DNA of 64,000 bases from Octopus sinensis (Eukaryota). Positions 11,790 to 24,564 of this stretch are shown one piece after another. The notes under the pieces were generated by a model. It was not told the DNA's origin and did not search any database. It saw only the letters and a list, made by a program, of their open reading frames with translations. The first letter of the stretch is position 1. Each line of letters begins with the position of its first letter. Both the position numbers and the translations under genes were made by a program. The stretch is from NCBI RefSeq assembly GCF_006345805.1, contig NW_021833285.1, forward strand, positions 29,938 through 93,937, read 5' to 3'.

Positions 11790-12155
11790 TATGAGATTAC
11801 ACAAAGCAACCGTTCCCCGGTTCCACTACGGCCTCAAGACAGCTCCGGAGCCTGGTATATGCATTCCTCACCGTGTCCCTGGGAAGGGCTTCAAACCCCA
11901 CCTCTTCTTGATCCTGGCCACCAGCTTGATCTTGGTGTTGCAAGCAGAGCAGTTGGTGTCTTTCTCAACCACGCCCCAAGTGAGTACTAAGAGACCAGAA
12001 GTAGAATTTCTCCGACAACCACTTCTGAAACTTTCTGAAGGTATGACAAGGAACCGAATCCTGCTGCCACACATATGGCATTCCAGCAGCAACCTTCTCC
12101 AGCTAGGTTTTGACCAGAGTCTCCAGCAGTTTCAACCTTAAGGCCCTGTACTGCA
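11790..12155 (-). mobile_element. Tc1/mariner-superfamily (maT/DD37D-like) transposase C-terminal fragment, degenerate
   Basis: Across frames: QGLKV...LLETLVKT*LEKVAAGMPYVWQQDSVPCHT, then WGVVEKDTNCSACNTKIKLVARIKK. The second catalytic D lies in QQDS; the SPDxNP region is largely deleted. Confidence 0.7.
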
Positions 12156-12532
12156 GTTTTGGGATTTACTCTGGCGTGCGAACGCTGTCACAACGCGTTC
12201 TGAGTCCTCTTCCTGCGGGCCACGGCTTCGGGGCCTCCATTGCAGTGTTCGCAGAGCATTCAGCAGCACTCATGATGACGGCATTTAAATACATGGCGCC
12301 ATGATACAAATACTACTTTTCCAATATTCAGATGACCTCCAGTCATCCATGTCAACTCACTCTTTCCCAACTACAACTTTAGTCTTTATTCTTTCCAACG
12401 CCGTTGGCTGTTCATCAATACAATAAGCTTTTCCCGAAAAAAAAGAGACAAAATATCGTCAAATTTAGCCGTACATCCTATATGTGTTCGTATATATGTT
12501 TGTATATATGTACGCATATATGTGCGTGTGTA

Positions 12533-12576
<44 letters not shown>

Positions 12577-12694
12577 AAGGGAAAAAATATCGATTATCCC
12601 CACGTGGTGGCTTGTAATAGATATATACGAAATTAAAGACGGAAAATGCACACACTCTACATAGTTTTAATATATTATTTAATATATCTTATAT

Positions 12695-13565
12695 TGTGTT
12701 TGCCGACCGGTTTCGCTTTCGCTAATCTTGTCATTAAATTTTTTCTAAATACGTATTTTCTTTCAGAAAAAAAAAATTTGTTCATGTTGTGTGTGGAGTT
12801 TATGAAGGAATGATTCAACAAGTAGAAAAATTGGTAATTGGTTATCGTTATTATTGTGGACTGGGGAGATAATTGTTCACCTTTCGGTTGGTGGTGGGGA
12901 AATATATATACACAAAAATTCAAAAACTAGAGCAGTGAGGAAAACTATGTACAGTGATGGGTATGTCATCGTGAATGAAAATATGTATAGAGATCAAAGT
13001 TGGTTATTCGTGCATATTTAGATGTGTTCTGTATTTTTCGATGAATAACTTTTCTTTATTTAAACGCTCTTGTAAAGAAATAGTATCTTTGCACTGGTTG
13101 GTGGAGAAAACTGTGAAATTTGGTTTTATGTTAAAAGCACATTTAAGTAAACACTCTCTATGTGTTCACTTTAAGGAATCTGTCTGTATTGCGGAAACCG
13201 GATCTGCTCTTTATGTAGAGTGGTCTCTGTCTCAATATCATTCCTACTCGTCAGTCTTATACAGTTATGTCCACAATCAGAGCAGGTTATTACATAAATT
13301 CGATTCTCAGAGGCACAAGTGAAGTTGGTTTTAATTGTGAACCTCTCTCCTTGTTTGAAAAGGAAATCTGAGTCTTCAAGTAAGTTTAGGCTTCCACATT
13401 TTTTAACTGTTGGTTTCGTGGTTGTTGTATAAAGCTACGCATTTGTTAGAAATCTCTTTCGCGATTTGTGTTGCTTTTTGCATTTGATGAATTTACGTGC
13501 TTTCGGGATGTCGTTCATTTTTGAGTCTCTGCTTAGTAAAGGAAGATTTTTCACAATAATGTATA
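12695..13565 (-). mobile_element. Penelope-like retroelement 3' fragment (GIY-YIG endonuclease remnant plus tail)
   Basis: VKNLPLLSRDSKMNDI...PTVKKCGSLNLLEDSDFLFKQGERFTIKTNFTCASENRIYVITCSDCGHNCI...TLHKEQIRFPQYRQIP*SEHI...ERLNKEKLFIEKY..LN, typical of the PLE Cys-rich linker plus GIY-YIG domain. Confidence 0.75.
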
Positions 13566-13844
13566 CTTCAGTGTTTCCAGAGTTGTAAGTTATTAATTTA
13601 ATAATAGGGTGAATGACTTAACGTCAACATTTTCTATCCGAAAGGGCATTTCAATCCTCTATTCACATGCTATTATTTATAGCTTTATGTGCTTCGAGAT
13701 CCACTGTTCCAAAAGATGTACTTTACTTTCCTTCGAAAGTCAACAACGTGTGTGTGGGGGGGGGGTGCACGCATGCACGCGTGTGTGTCTGTATCAACGT
13801 ACGTATGTTTGTAGGGGTGTATATGTATGTATGTTATATATATA

Positions 13845-13882
<38 letters not shown>

Positions 13883-14891
13883 TATATATATAATATATAT
13901 ATATACATACATACATATGTGTGTGTGTGTGTGTGTGTAATACCATTTATCGAATTGAACATTGTTACCTTCGTTGCAGTTAGTATCGATGGAGCAACAC
14001 ATCACATAATACAGATGATGCCCACATTTCTTGCTTAGAACTAATGTTATCGTTGCCATTTTATGCTTATCTTGTATATAATAATTCAAAGCGATAGTTA
14101 GATATGTATACAGCCAATGGTATCTGTCTAGGATAGAAATGATTGAAGACTTGGTTTTATCTTTATTGTCCATGTCTAGCAACACCACACATTATACAGT
14201 CGGCATTAAAGTCGGTAATCTTAAAATATCTGAAAACCAAAGATCAAAGATTTTTGTGATTGAAATAATGAAATCTGCAAAGAGACTCCAACCTGATGGA
14301 ATCTATATTCTATAGACAAGACAAAGATAAACGAATATCCAGTTAAATACTCATTCGACCTTTGCTTTCTTTGGTTTGAGCTTTCAAATCTGAAATACGT
14401 TGCTTGGTATCAATGTCAGGTATCAGCGACTAATGTGGTTATGAAATATTTGTATCTCACTGGAGTGGGGGTTAGAAAAAGAAGCAGGTGTCGGTGGAAG
14501 ATGTAACTCTTCTTAAATGGCATGAAATATGGAGATATGGAAATAACTTCATATTGGTCATTATATTCAGTGTGAGCAAGGCGGTGGACTGGCAGAATTG
14601 TGAGCTCACCGGACAAACTTCCTTGCGGCAGTTCGTCTGTCTTTACATTATGTGTTCAGATTCCGACGAGGTCGACTCTGCCTTTCATCTTTTCAGAGTC
14701 GAAGTAATAAATACCAGTTGTGCATTGGGGTCGATGTAACTGACCACCTACCTTTTCCCGAAATTTCAGGAATTTGTGCCTTAAGCAGAAACGATTATTC
14801 TGTATCAGCAGAGCTTTCTTTTGATATGTGTGTGTGTGAGTATGTGTGCGTGTGAGTGTGTGCGTGTGAGTGTGTGCGTGTGAGTGTGTGT

Positions 14892-14934
<43 letters not shown>

Positions 14935-15589
14935 TGTGTGTGTGTGTGTGTATGAATGTGTGTGTGTAGTTTGACCACTAAATCTACAAGTTTTTTCATT
15001 CTTTGTTAACGCGACTAAGTGTGATGTGTTTACACCAGCGAATCAGCTACGCTTTTCTTGTCAAATTTAAGAACTACAATAGTTCGTGTTTGTTTGTTTT
15101 TTATATGTAAGGGTGAGTGTGTGTTATCAATAACACGAATATGTTCCCGTTTAATCTTTTATAATGATTTTTAATTTCATATTTCCCTAATACAACAAGT
15201 CGGAAACGAAAGATATTCCTCATGTTTGTGCGTGTGCGTGTGTGTGAGTGTGAATGTGTATGTGTGTGTGTGTGTGTGTGTACATACATACTACATACAA
15301 ATGCCGAAAGGAGAAAAGGATATTGATATATGAGGTCTGTAACTTTTCTCTCTTCCTCCCTCCTTCTCTCTCTTTCTCTCTTTCTCTCATTCCTTCTCTC
15401 ATTCTTTCTCCTCTTCCCTCTTTCTCTCTCCTTCCTTCTTTCTCTTTCTTAGATAAAGGGACAATCCCGAAACTCATCCAAACTCACAAGCCACGACCTG
15501 TTTTACGATCGTTGGTGCCTGGGATTGCCCTCGTTTTCCTCAGATGTATAGATCGAGGGGTGACCTTTATGTTGCATGCAAGTGTATGC

Positions 15590-15608
15590 GTGGTATGATG
15601 ACGATGAC

Positions 15609-15644
<36 letters not shown>

Positions 15645-16071
15645 AATCATCATCATCATGTTGAGCGAAAGAGGAAGAGAAAAGGACGGAGAAGAATAAG
15701 AAGGAGGAGGAGGAAGAGGCGCAAGAGGAAGTAGACGAGGAGGAGGGGAGGAGGAGGAATAGGCGCAAGAGGTGGAAGGGGGGAAGAGACGCAAGAGGTG
15801 GAGGAGGAGGTGGAGGAGAAGAAGAAATGGAAGAGGAGGGAAGAAGAAGAAGGGGCAGGAGGAAGAGGCGCAAGAGGAGGTAGATGAGGAGGGGGCAGGA
15901 GAAGGAAGAAGAGGCGTAAGAAGTGGGAGGAGGAAAAGGAGGATGAGGTAGAGGAGGAAGAATAGGAGGATGAGGTGGAGGAAAAGAAAAAGGCGGGGGA
16001 GGAAAAGGCGCCAGAGAAGGGGGAAGAGGTGGTGGTGGTGTTGGTGGTGGTGGTGTTGGTGGTGGTGGTGT

Positions 16072-16102
<31 letters not shown>

Positions 16103-16362
16103 TGTAGTGATGATGATGATGATGATGATGATGAGATGATGATGGCGATGATGATGACGATGATGATGACGATGGTGATGATGTTGATGATGATGATAAT
16201 GATGATGTCTGGAGGTGGTGGTGGTGGTGTTGGTGGTGGTAGTAGTAGTAGTAGTTGTGGTGATGATGATGATGATGTTGATGATAATGATGATGATGAT
16301 GATGATGATGATGATGGCAATGATGACGATGACGATGATGATGATGTCTGGAGGTGGTAGTG
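15590..16362. repeat. Compound trinucleotide low-complexity block (GAT/GGA/GAA/GGT/AGT)
   Basis: Seen directly. The overlapping long ORFs here are repeat artefacts. Confidence 0.95.
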
Positions 16363-16796
16363 ACGACCACAACAGCATAGACAATGGCGCTATCTGTAGT
16401 CAACAAAATCGGATTTAATTTGAGATAAGTAGCTCTGGATTAAAGAATTGTAATAATTAATGAACGCTGTAACAATTCCAGTGAGACACCTGGCGAGAGA
16501 TTTTGTCATAAATTGATTAATCAAGCTAATTAATAAAACTCTGGTATGTGATGCTGATAAACGTTAAGTTAGTAAAACAACAAATATAAGCACACTAATA
16601 AAAACAAAAAAACAGTACGATACATAAATGTATGCAAATACATATATACGTAAACATGTGTGTGTGTGTGTGTGTGTACATGAATGGATGGATCGATCGA
16701 TCGATTGATCGATATGAGTGACGAAAATACAGAATAAAATCGAAAAGAAAACTAATTTCTTGGTTCACTATATTATGTCGGTACTTACTTTGCTAT

Positions 16797-17150
16797 CGTG
16801 AAGGTGCATGGCTTAGTGGTTAGATCGTCGAACTTACAATCACGAGATAGTGAGCTCGATTCCCAGACCGGGATGCGTGTTGTGTTCTTGAGCAAGACAC
16901 TTTATTTCACGTTGCTCCTGTTCACTCATCTGTAGAAATGAGTTGCGACGTTGCTGGAGCTAAGCTGTATCGGCCCCTTTGTACCTTTCCCTCGGATAAC
17001 ATCAGTGGAGCGAAGAGGGGAGGCTGGTATGCATGGACGACTGCTAGTCTTCCATAAACAACCTTGCTGGTGTTGTGCCTCGGGGGGTGGGAGAACTTTC
17101 TAGTTGCAATCCCATGGTCATTCATGGCGGTAGGGGATCTTTACCCTTAC
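16797..17150 (+). mobile_element. tRNA-derived SINE with a CORE-like central domain
   Basis: Head tggcttagtggttag...gagctcgattcc (A/B boxes), then ttcttgagcaagacacttt...cactcatctgtagaaatgag, resembling the CORE-SINE domain. Confidence 0.65.
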
Positions 17151-17533
17151 CCGTTTACTTTACAATCGGTTCTTCAATCAGAAAGGGCACCTGGATAACC
17201 CCTCAGTTTGAGTTATATCGCACATAGTGTTCATGTCCGAAATCCTCTCTAGTCGTTCTATGAGCTTGCAGTAACTGTTAGATTTTGCTTCGGTGATAAG
17301 GTCCAATAAGATCGAAACACATCAGGAGTTGTCATCACATTGCCGAACACCCTCACACTTCTCTTTCATTGTGTATTTCATTAAATTCAACTGTTTGCAA
17401 TTCTTTCGTCGCCTACCTTCTCCACCTCTTCAACAGAATTATCCATGCAGAAAAATTACTTTTCTTCTTTAATAAATATGGTTTTAAGTACTTAAAATTT
17501 CTTGTTAGACTACATCACATATCTTAGCACTTC

Positions 17534-17580
<47 letters not shown>

Positions 17581-17884
17581 TGTGGTGTGAAGGACTGAAC
17601 TAATCTATTTCGCTTCGCCGGTTTTAAACTACTACATGGTGCCTTGAGTGTTCTTATCGGAGTTCACTCTCTTGCTTGCATTTGGGTCAGATCTCCGGTT
17701 TTAGGATACCTTCCTTCCTTCCTTCCTTCCTTCCTTCCTTCCTCCCACCTGTCACCAACTCGAAAACTAGAACAACTTGTCTCCTCGAACACCCTCACCT
17801 CAAAACTGCTGACCGTAAATCAGAAGCTATTATTATCATCATCATCATCATCATCATCATTATTATTATTATTATATTATTATT

Positions 17885-17937
<53 letters not shown>

Positions 17938-17994
17938 TCATCATCATCATCATCAATCATCATCATCATCATCATCATCATTATTATTATTATT

Positions 17995-18044
<50 letters not shown>

Positions 18045-18087
18045 ATCATCATCATCATCATCATCATTATTATTATTATTATTATTA

Positions 18088-18126
<39 letters not shown>

Positions 18127-18129
<3 letters not shown>

Positions 18130-18902
18130 TAGTTTTATTTTTATAGCGTGCTTTCACTTCACTACCGAGCGCAGCTCTGTGTGCCTTGGGTATGTGCTGT
18201 GATTTGTTGTGATGCTCTGATGGTTATTGTATGGAAAATGTTCTGCATAGGTTGTGTGCAGTGCCTAGTAATGCAATTTTCTGTGTGTTATATGTGTTTG
18301 TAAGTCCTGGTGTTTTTGTTATGTATTTGTCTGAATATTTTTTTATCATGCCTAATGCACCTACTATGATAGGAATTGTTTCTGTTTTTAGATTCTACAT
18401 TCTAGTTACCTCTATTTCCAGGTCTTTGTATTTTGAAAGTTTCTCCATTTCTTTTAGAGACACGTTGTCATCAGCCGGTATTGATACATCAATTAGAAGG
18501 CATTTTTTTTCTTCATGGTCTCTGACAACTATATCTGGTATGTTGGCCTTAATTTCTCTATCTGTGTCTATCGGCATATCCCAGAGTATGGTTGATTCTC
18601 GTTTTCTGTGACCTTTTCTGGTGTGTGCCTATACCATCTTTTTTCTGTTGTTATTCCATAATGTTGGCATAGCTTCCAATGTATGTAGGTTCCAACTCTG
18701 TCATGTCTGTGAATATATTCCTTCTTAGCCAGGACTGGGCAGCTAGAGATAATATGATTTATTGTTTCTTGTCCATCTCCACATATTCTGCAGTTACTTG
18801 TAATATTTCTTTTCATTACATGTTTTTGGTAATTTCTGGTGGGGAGGCTTTGGTCTTGTGCTGCAATTAAAAATCCCTCTGTTTCTGCTTTGAGTCCTGA
18901 GC

Positions 18903-18903
<1 letters not shown>
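18127..18903 (-). mobile_element. R4/Dong-like non-LTR retrotransposon, 5'-truncated (subfamily 1, copy A)
   Basis: CCHC motif CRICGDGQETINHIISSC, HDRVG, and RLE motif PDIVVRD...LLIDVSIP...KE. The 3' UTR ends ...aaaactactg followed by a trinucleotide repeat; the 5' end abuts (TAA)n. Confidence 0.9.
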
Positions 18904-18984
<81 letters not shown>

Positions 18985-20101
18985 GTTTTTTTCCTTCTTT
19001 CCTCAAATTTTCTTCCGTTTCTCGCCGAGTGTTTTCCATACACCTAGGGCAGAGAAGGGCATTGTATGCATTTCCAGATTACACGCGCAAATTCAAAGAT
19101 AAATATGTATTTAAAAATTAATAACTAAATAAATTCATGGATGGATGTTATTTTCACAGCGATAGTGCTCTTCTCAGTACATGAGCCGTTCCAGTTAATA
19201 CGATTTTTTACACTTCCTGTAGGGATGGTAAGCCTGAAATCATTTTCAAATAGGTTTCAGTACCTTTTTTTTATCATTCCTAGAGATCCTACAATCACTG
19301 GTACTGTAGTCGCCTTGAGATGCCACATTTTTTCAATTTCTACTAGCAAGTCTTTATATTTACTAATCTTGTCAAATTCTTTCGCCGCTATATTGTGATC
19401 ACAAGGAATACTCATGTCAATTAATAAACACGTCCTTTTTGTCTGATCTTTTATAATAATATCCGGTTTATTAGCTTTTATAGTCCTGTCGGTCTGTACG
19501 GGGAAGTCCCATTGAATCGACACATTTTCTCCCTCAGTCACAGCTTCAGGATGATGTTTATACCATTTGTCAGCGGTTTTGATTTTATAATGCCGACATA
19601 TTGTCCAATGTAAATACTGGCCGACTCTGTCATGTCTTGCTTTATATTCTGCAGGTGCTAAGACTCTACAACCTGAGATTAGGTGGTTTATTAGGAGGAT
19701 TGTTTCAAACTTGCATGCTGGATACCAGAGCCTTCATTTATTCCTAGGTATTTATAGGTTTGTTCCTGCTCAAGTTCCTTTATTACTATTTCGACATCTA
19801 ATTCGATTGATCTAGACTTTACCAATTTCCCTTTCTTAAAAGTGGCTTTGGCACGCTGTTCAAGGCCAAACTCCATCCCGATATCATCACTGAATCCTTT
19901 CACAGTATGTGATAACCCTTCAAGCTCTTCATCATCTTTGTCATATAGCTTTAAGTCATCCATATAAAATAGATGGCTTATTTTCTTGATGTCAATTTTG
20001 TAGCCATATCCTGTTCTATTCAGTTCACTTGAGAGTGGTATTAGTGCTATGCAGAAAATTAGTGGTGAAAGTGAGTCACCTTGGAAAATTCCACAGTTCA
20101 T
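18985..20101 (-). mobile_element. R4/Dong-like retrotransposon (subfamily 2, copy B), 5'-truncated with a ~0.75-kb internal deletion
   Basis: RT motifs GIFQGDSLSPLIF and FYMDDLKLY are joined directly to NHLISGC...HDRVGQYLHW and PDIIIKD...LIDMSIP. The 3' UTR resembles that at 36780-36912. (TAA)n on both sides. Confidence 0.88.
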
Positions 20102-20145
20102 TATTATAATAATAATAATAATAATAATAATTATTATTATTATTA

Positions 20146-20180
<35 letters not shown>

Positions 20181-20211
20181 TATTATTATTATTATTATTA
20201 TTATTATCATT

Positions 20212-22834
20212 CAGTAGTTTTATTTTTATAACGTGCTTTCACTTCACTACCGAGCGCAGCTCTGTGTGCCTTGAGTATGTGATGTGATTTGTTGTGATGC
20301 TCTGATGGTTACTGTATTGAAAGTGTTCTGCGTAGGATGTGTGCAGTGCCTAGTAGTGCAATTTTCTGTATGTTATATGTGTTTGTAAGTCCTGGTGTTT
20401 TTGTTATGTATTTGTCTGAATATTTTTTTATCATGCCTAATGCACCTACTATGATAGGAATTGTTTCTGTTTTTAGATTCCACATTCTAGTTACCTCTAT
20501 TTCCAGGTCTTTGTATTTTGAAAGTTTCTCCATTTCTTTTAGAGGCACGTTGTCAACTGCTGGTATTGATACATCAATTAGAAAGCTTTTTTTTTTCTTC
20601 ATGATCTCTGACAACTATATCTGGTCTGTTGGCCTTAATTTCTCTATCTGTGTGTATTGGCATATCCCAGAGTATGGTTGCTTTCTCGTTTTCTGCGACC
20701 CTTTCTGGTGTGTGCCTATACCATCTTTTTTCTGTTGTTATTCCATAATGTTGGCATAGCTTCCAGTGTATTTAGGTCCCAACTCTGTCGTGTCTGTGAA
20801 TATATTCCTTCATAGCCAGGACTGGGCAGCCAGAGATAATATGATTTATTGTTTATTGTCCATCTCCACATATTCTGCAGTTACTTGTTATATTTCTTTT
20901 CATTACATGTTTTTGGTAATTCCTGGTGGGGAGGCTTTGGTCTTGTACTGCAATTAAAAATCCCCCTGTCTCTGCTTTGAGTCCTGAACTTCTCAACCAC
21001 TGCTGGGATTTCTCTTTGTCTATTTCTTTTGCATTTAGTTTAGTCCAGTGCTTGCCATGAAAGGGCTTTTCTTGCCATCATTTTATCATGGTCTGTTGCT
21101 GTTCTAGTTTTAGTTTTGATTTCATTTGCTTTATAGCTTTTGTTGTTGTTTCTTCATCATCGTCTTCTTCTTCTTCTTCATATTTGTTAGGTGGTATGAT
21201 TTCTTGTTTGTATTTGTCAGCTTCCTTAAATACTGAGAACAATTTTTTGCTTTGCTCGTGTTTTGCCGCTATTTAAATCAGTTTTCCTTCCTTCTGAAGT
21301 AGGTATTTTTGCAGTCCTATGGTGGCTATTTTATAGTAGTTTTCCAGCTTTATAAGGCCTCTACCACCTTCTATACGTTGTATATATAGCCTTTCTATGT
21401 CAAATTTTGGGTGATGCATCCTAGATCCTGTCATTATTTTTCATGTTTTCCTATCTATTTTGGTTAATTCATTTAGCATCCAGTTAAGGATATTGTAGCT
21501 GTAACTTATAACTGGGACGGCTAAAGTGTTAATACCTATTATCTTGTTTTTAGCATTGAGCTCTGTTTTTAGTATTGGTCTAACTCGTCTATAGTATTCT
21601 TTCTTTATTTTCTCTTTCATTTGTGTGTGTTGTGTCTTATCTAGTTCATGGATTCCTAAGTATTTGTAAGTTTGGCTTTAGTCTAATTCATTTATTTCAT
21701 TGGTGTTATCTAGTGTGATGTTGCTACTCTAAACTAGTTTTCCTCTTTTCAGGGTTACTTTGGCGCATTTTTCTAATCCAAATTTCATATCTATTTCTTT
21801 GGTGAATCCAGGAACTGTCTTTAATAGTGTTTCCAGCTGTTTGTCATTTGTAGCGTATAGTTTTAGGTCATCCATATATAAAAGGTGGCTGATCGTTTTG
21901 CCGCAACATTTATATCCGCATCAAGTTCCATTTAGCATATCAGATAGAGGTGACAATGCCAAGCAGAAAAGGAGTGGAGAGAGCGTGTCTCCCTGGAATA
22001 TTCCTCTTCTAATGGGGATGGTTTTGGTTTTGACCAGTCCCTCTTTTGTTTGGAGCTGTAGCACTGTTTGCCATTTATTCATAGAGTGTCCTATGTATTT
22101 TATAATTGTTGGTGCTACTTTGTTAATGGCTAGTGTTTCGAGGATCCATGTGTGGGGGATGCTATCAAACCCCTTTCTGTAGTCGATCCAGGCCATACTA
22201 AGGCCTTTCTTCTTTCTGTGGCTGTCTTCAGTTATGGCTTTATTGATCATTAGTTGATCTTTACAGCCATATGAGCCTTTGCGGCATCCTTTCTGCTCTT
22301 CTGGAAACAGGTTGTTTTCGTCCAGGTGCTTGTTTAATCTTTGTGATATTACTGCAGTGAATGCTTTGTACATTGTAGGGAGACAGGTTATAGGTCTGTA
22401 GTTTTCTGGTTTTGCTGTCTCATTGGATTTGGAAATTAAGATGGTTTTTCCCCTTCGTGAGCCATTCAGGCATCATCTCTGGCTCTGCCAGTATGTTGTT
22501 AAAATTTTCAGCCAGCTTTTTGTGCATTCCTGTCAGATATTTCAACCAGAAGTTGGGGATCTTGTCATGCCCAGGTGCCTTCCAGTTGCTTAGTCTTTAC
22601 AGTGCCTGGGTGACCTCTTCAGTTGTTATGGGGGTCCAAAGTTGCTTAGATGCTACGCTTGTTGTTTTAATACTTCTTTTTTTTTTTGGTTCTTCATTCG
22701 CCGACCATATTTCTCTCCAGAATTCTTCCACTTCTTCTGCCGTTGGTGCTGCAGTGATTTCTATTTTATTTTTGCCAAGTTCTTGGTAGAACTTTTGGGG
22801 GTTGGAGTTGAACTTTTTGGGGTTGGAGTTGAAC

Positions 22835-22836
<2 letters not shown>
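20212..22836 (-). mobile_element. R4/Dong-like retrotransposon (subfamily 1, copy C), 5'-truncated, RT + CCHC + RLE
   Basis: NYRPITCL, QKGCRKGSYGCKDQL, AWIDYRKGFDS, GIFQGDTLSPLLF, YMDDLK and the RLE domain are present. 3' UTR as in copies A and D; (TAA)n flanks. Confidence 0.92.
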
Positions 22837-22882
<46 letters not shown>

Positions 22883-22885
<3 letters not shown>

Positions 22886-23165
22886 GTTCTTTTTATTATT
22901 TCAGGTTTTGTTGGAGCCCCTGGAGTCTTGCATGGATAGTGGGCTTACTACCTGCCACCTACGGTTATGCTATCAGTTATTTTCAGCTCTCTGATACTTT
23001 CCTGGTTATTTTGGCCGTTCCAAAGAGGCAAACCTTTTTTAACAGTTCTACTGGGCACTCTATTCCAATTTCCTTTATATTCCTCTTGATGCCTTCTGAT
23101 GATACTGTTCCCAAGGACCCAACAATGATTGACACTCTCTTCACCTTCTTCATTTTCCATAGCCG
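22883..23165 (-). mobile_element. R4/Dong-like extreme 3' fragment (third 3'-UTR type)
   Basis: ...LWKMKKVKRVSIIVGSLGTV...KEIGIECPVELLKKVCLFGTAKITRKVSES*, then a distinct 3' UTR and (TAA)n. Confidence 0.75.
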
Positions 23166-23281
23166 GGCTATTTATTTTTATTATCATTATTGTTATTATA
23201 GTTGTTGATGTTATTATTCCCGAATAATAACCTATATCTCGGAATAATTGTGTGCAGCTGTTTTTCTTTGTCATAACAGCA

Positions 23282-23283
<2 letters not shown>

Positions 23284-23318
<35 letters not shown>

Positions 23319-23619
23319 TACTACTACTACAGCACCACCAGTATCATCTGACTATCAACGTCTAAAGCACCCTCGTGTATTACCTGGCAATAGTGTGTCT
23401 AGTGTGTCATGAACGGAAGTACACAATCTCTCCTGACGCCATGTTTCAGAACGGAAAGTAATGAAATGTCACGTTTGATTTCTGAAATACCATCATGCAA
23501 CCAGTTGGTGGAGATTTCTTCTTAAAGTGCTTAAATGCAAATACAATTGGTTTCCTTGTCTCATTTTCATTTTATTCCATTACCAAAGAAGCAGATTCTC
23601 ATCAACATCATCATCATCA

Positions 23620-23673
<54 letters not shown>

Positions 23674-23962
23674 AGCACCACCAGTATCATCTGACTATCA
23701 ACGTCTAAAGCACCCTCGTGTATTACCTGGCAATAGTGTGTCTAGTGTGTCATGAACGGAAGTACACAATCTCTCCTGACGCCATGTTTCAGAACGGAAA
23801 GTAATGAAATGTCACGTTTGATTTCTGAAATACCATCATGCAACCAGTTGGTGGAGATTTCTTCTTAAAGTGCTTAAATGCAAATACAATTGGTTTCCTT
23901 GTCTCATTTTCATTTTATTCCATTACCAAAGAAGCAGATTCTCATCAACATCATCATCATCA

Positions 23963-23992
<30 letters not shown>
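23284..23992 (+). repeat. 343-bp direct tandem duplication bounded by (TAC)n
   Basis: Identical ORF starts at 23495 and 23838; the unique segments are essentially identical. Confidence 0.95.
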
Positions 23993-24037
<45 letters not shown>

Positions 24038-24294
24038 TAATAATAACAACAACAACAACAACAACAATAATAATAATAATGGTTTCAAATTTTTGTCACG
24101 GGGACAACCATTTTGGTGGGGGGAAGGGCATAATTCGATTATATCGACCCCAGTATTCATCTGGTACTAATTTTATCGGCCCCCGAAAAGATGAAAGGCA
24201 AAGTCGACCTCTGCGGAATTTAATAGTAATAATGATGATAATAATAGCCATATGTGTAATGATAATAATGATGATGGCAGTAGTAGTAGTAGTA

Positions 24295-24333
<39 letters not shown>

Positions 24334-24564
24334 GGATGATGGCGATGATGATGATGATGATGATGTTCATTGATCTGAAGCATAAGGAACCTAACGTGTT
24401 TATTCATTTTATCTTGTTTTCTTATATTACTATAATTGTCGTTTGATTGGTTATTTACTTCACAATCAAACGGAAGCTATAACCATCACTACCACCACCA
24501 TTATCATCTCTACACCACCATCACCACCATTTTTTATTTTTTGTGCAAGAAATGATGAAAGATA

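Noticed and set aside
15484-16418. His/Pro/Ser-rich ORFs of 240-280 aa
   Set aside because: Trinucleotide repeats open in several frames on both strands; no coding signal.
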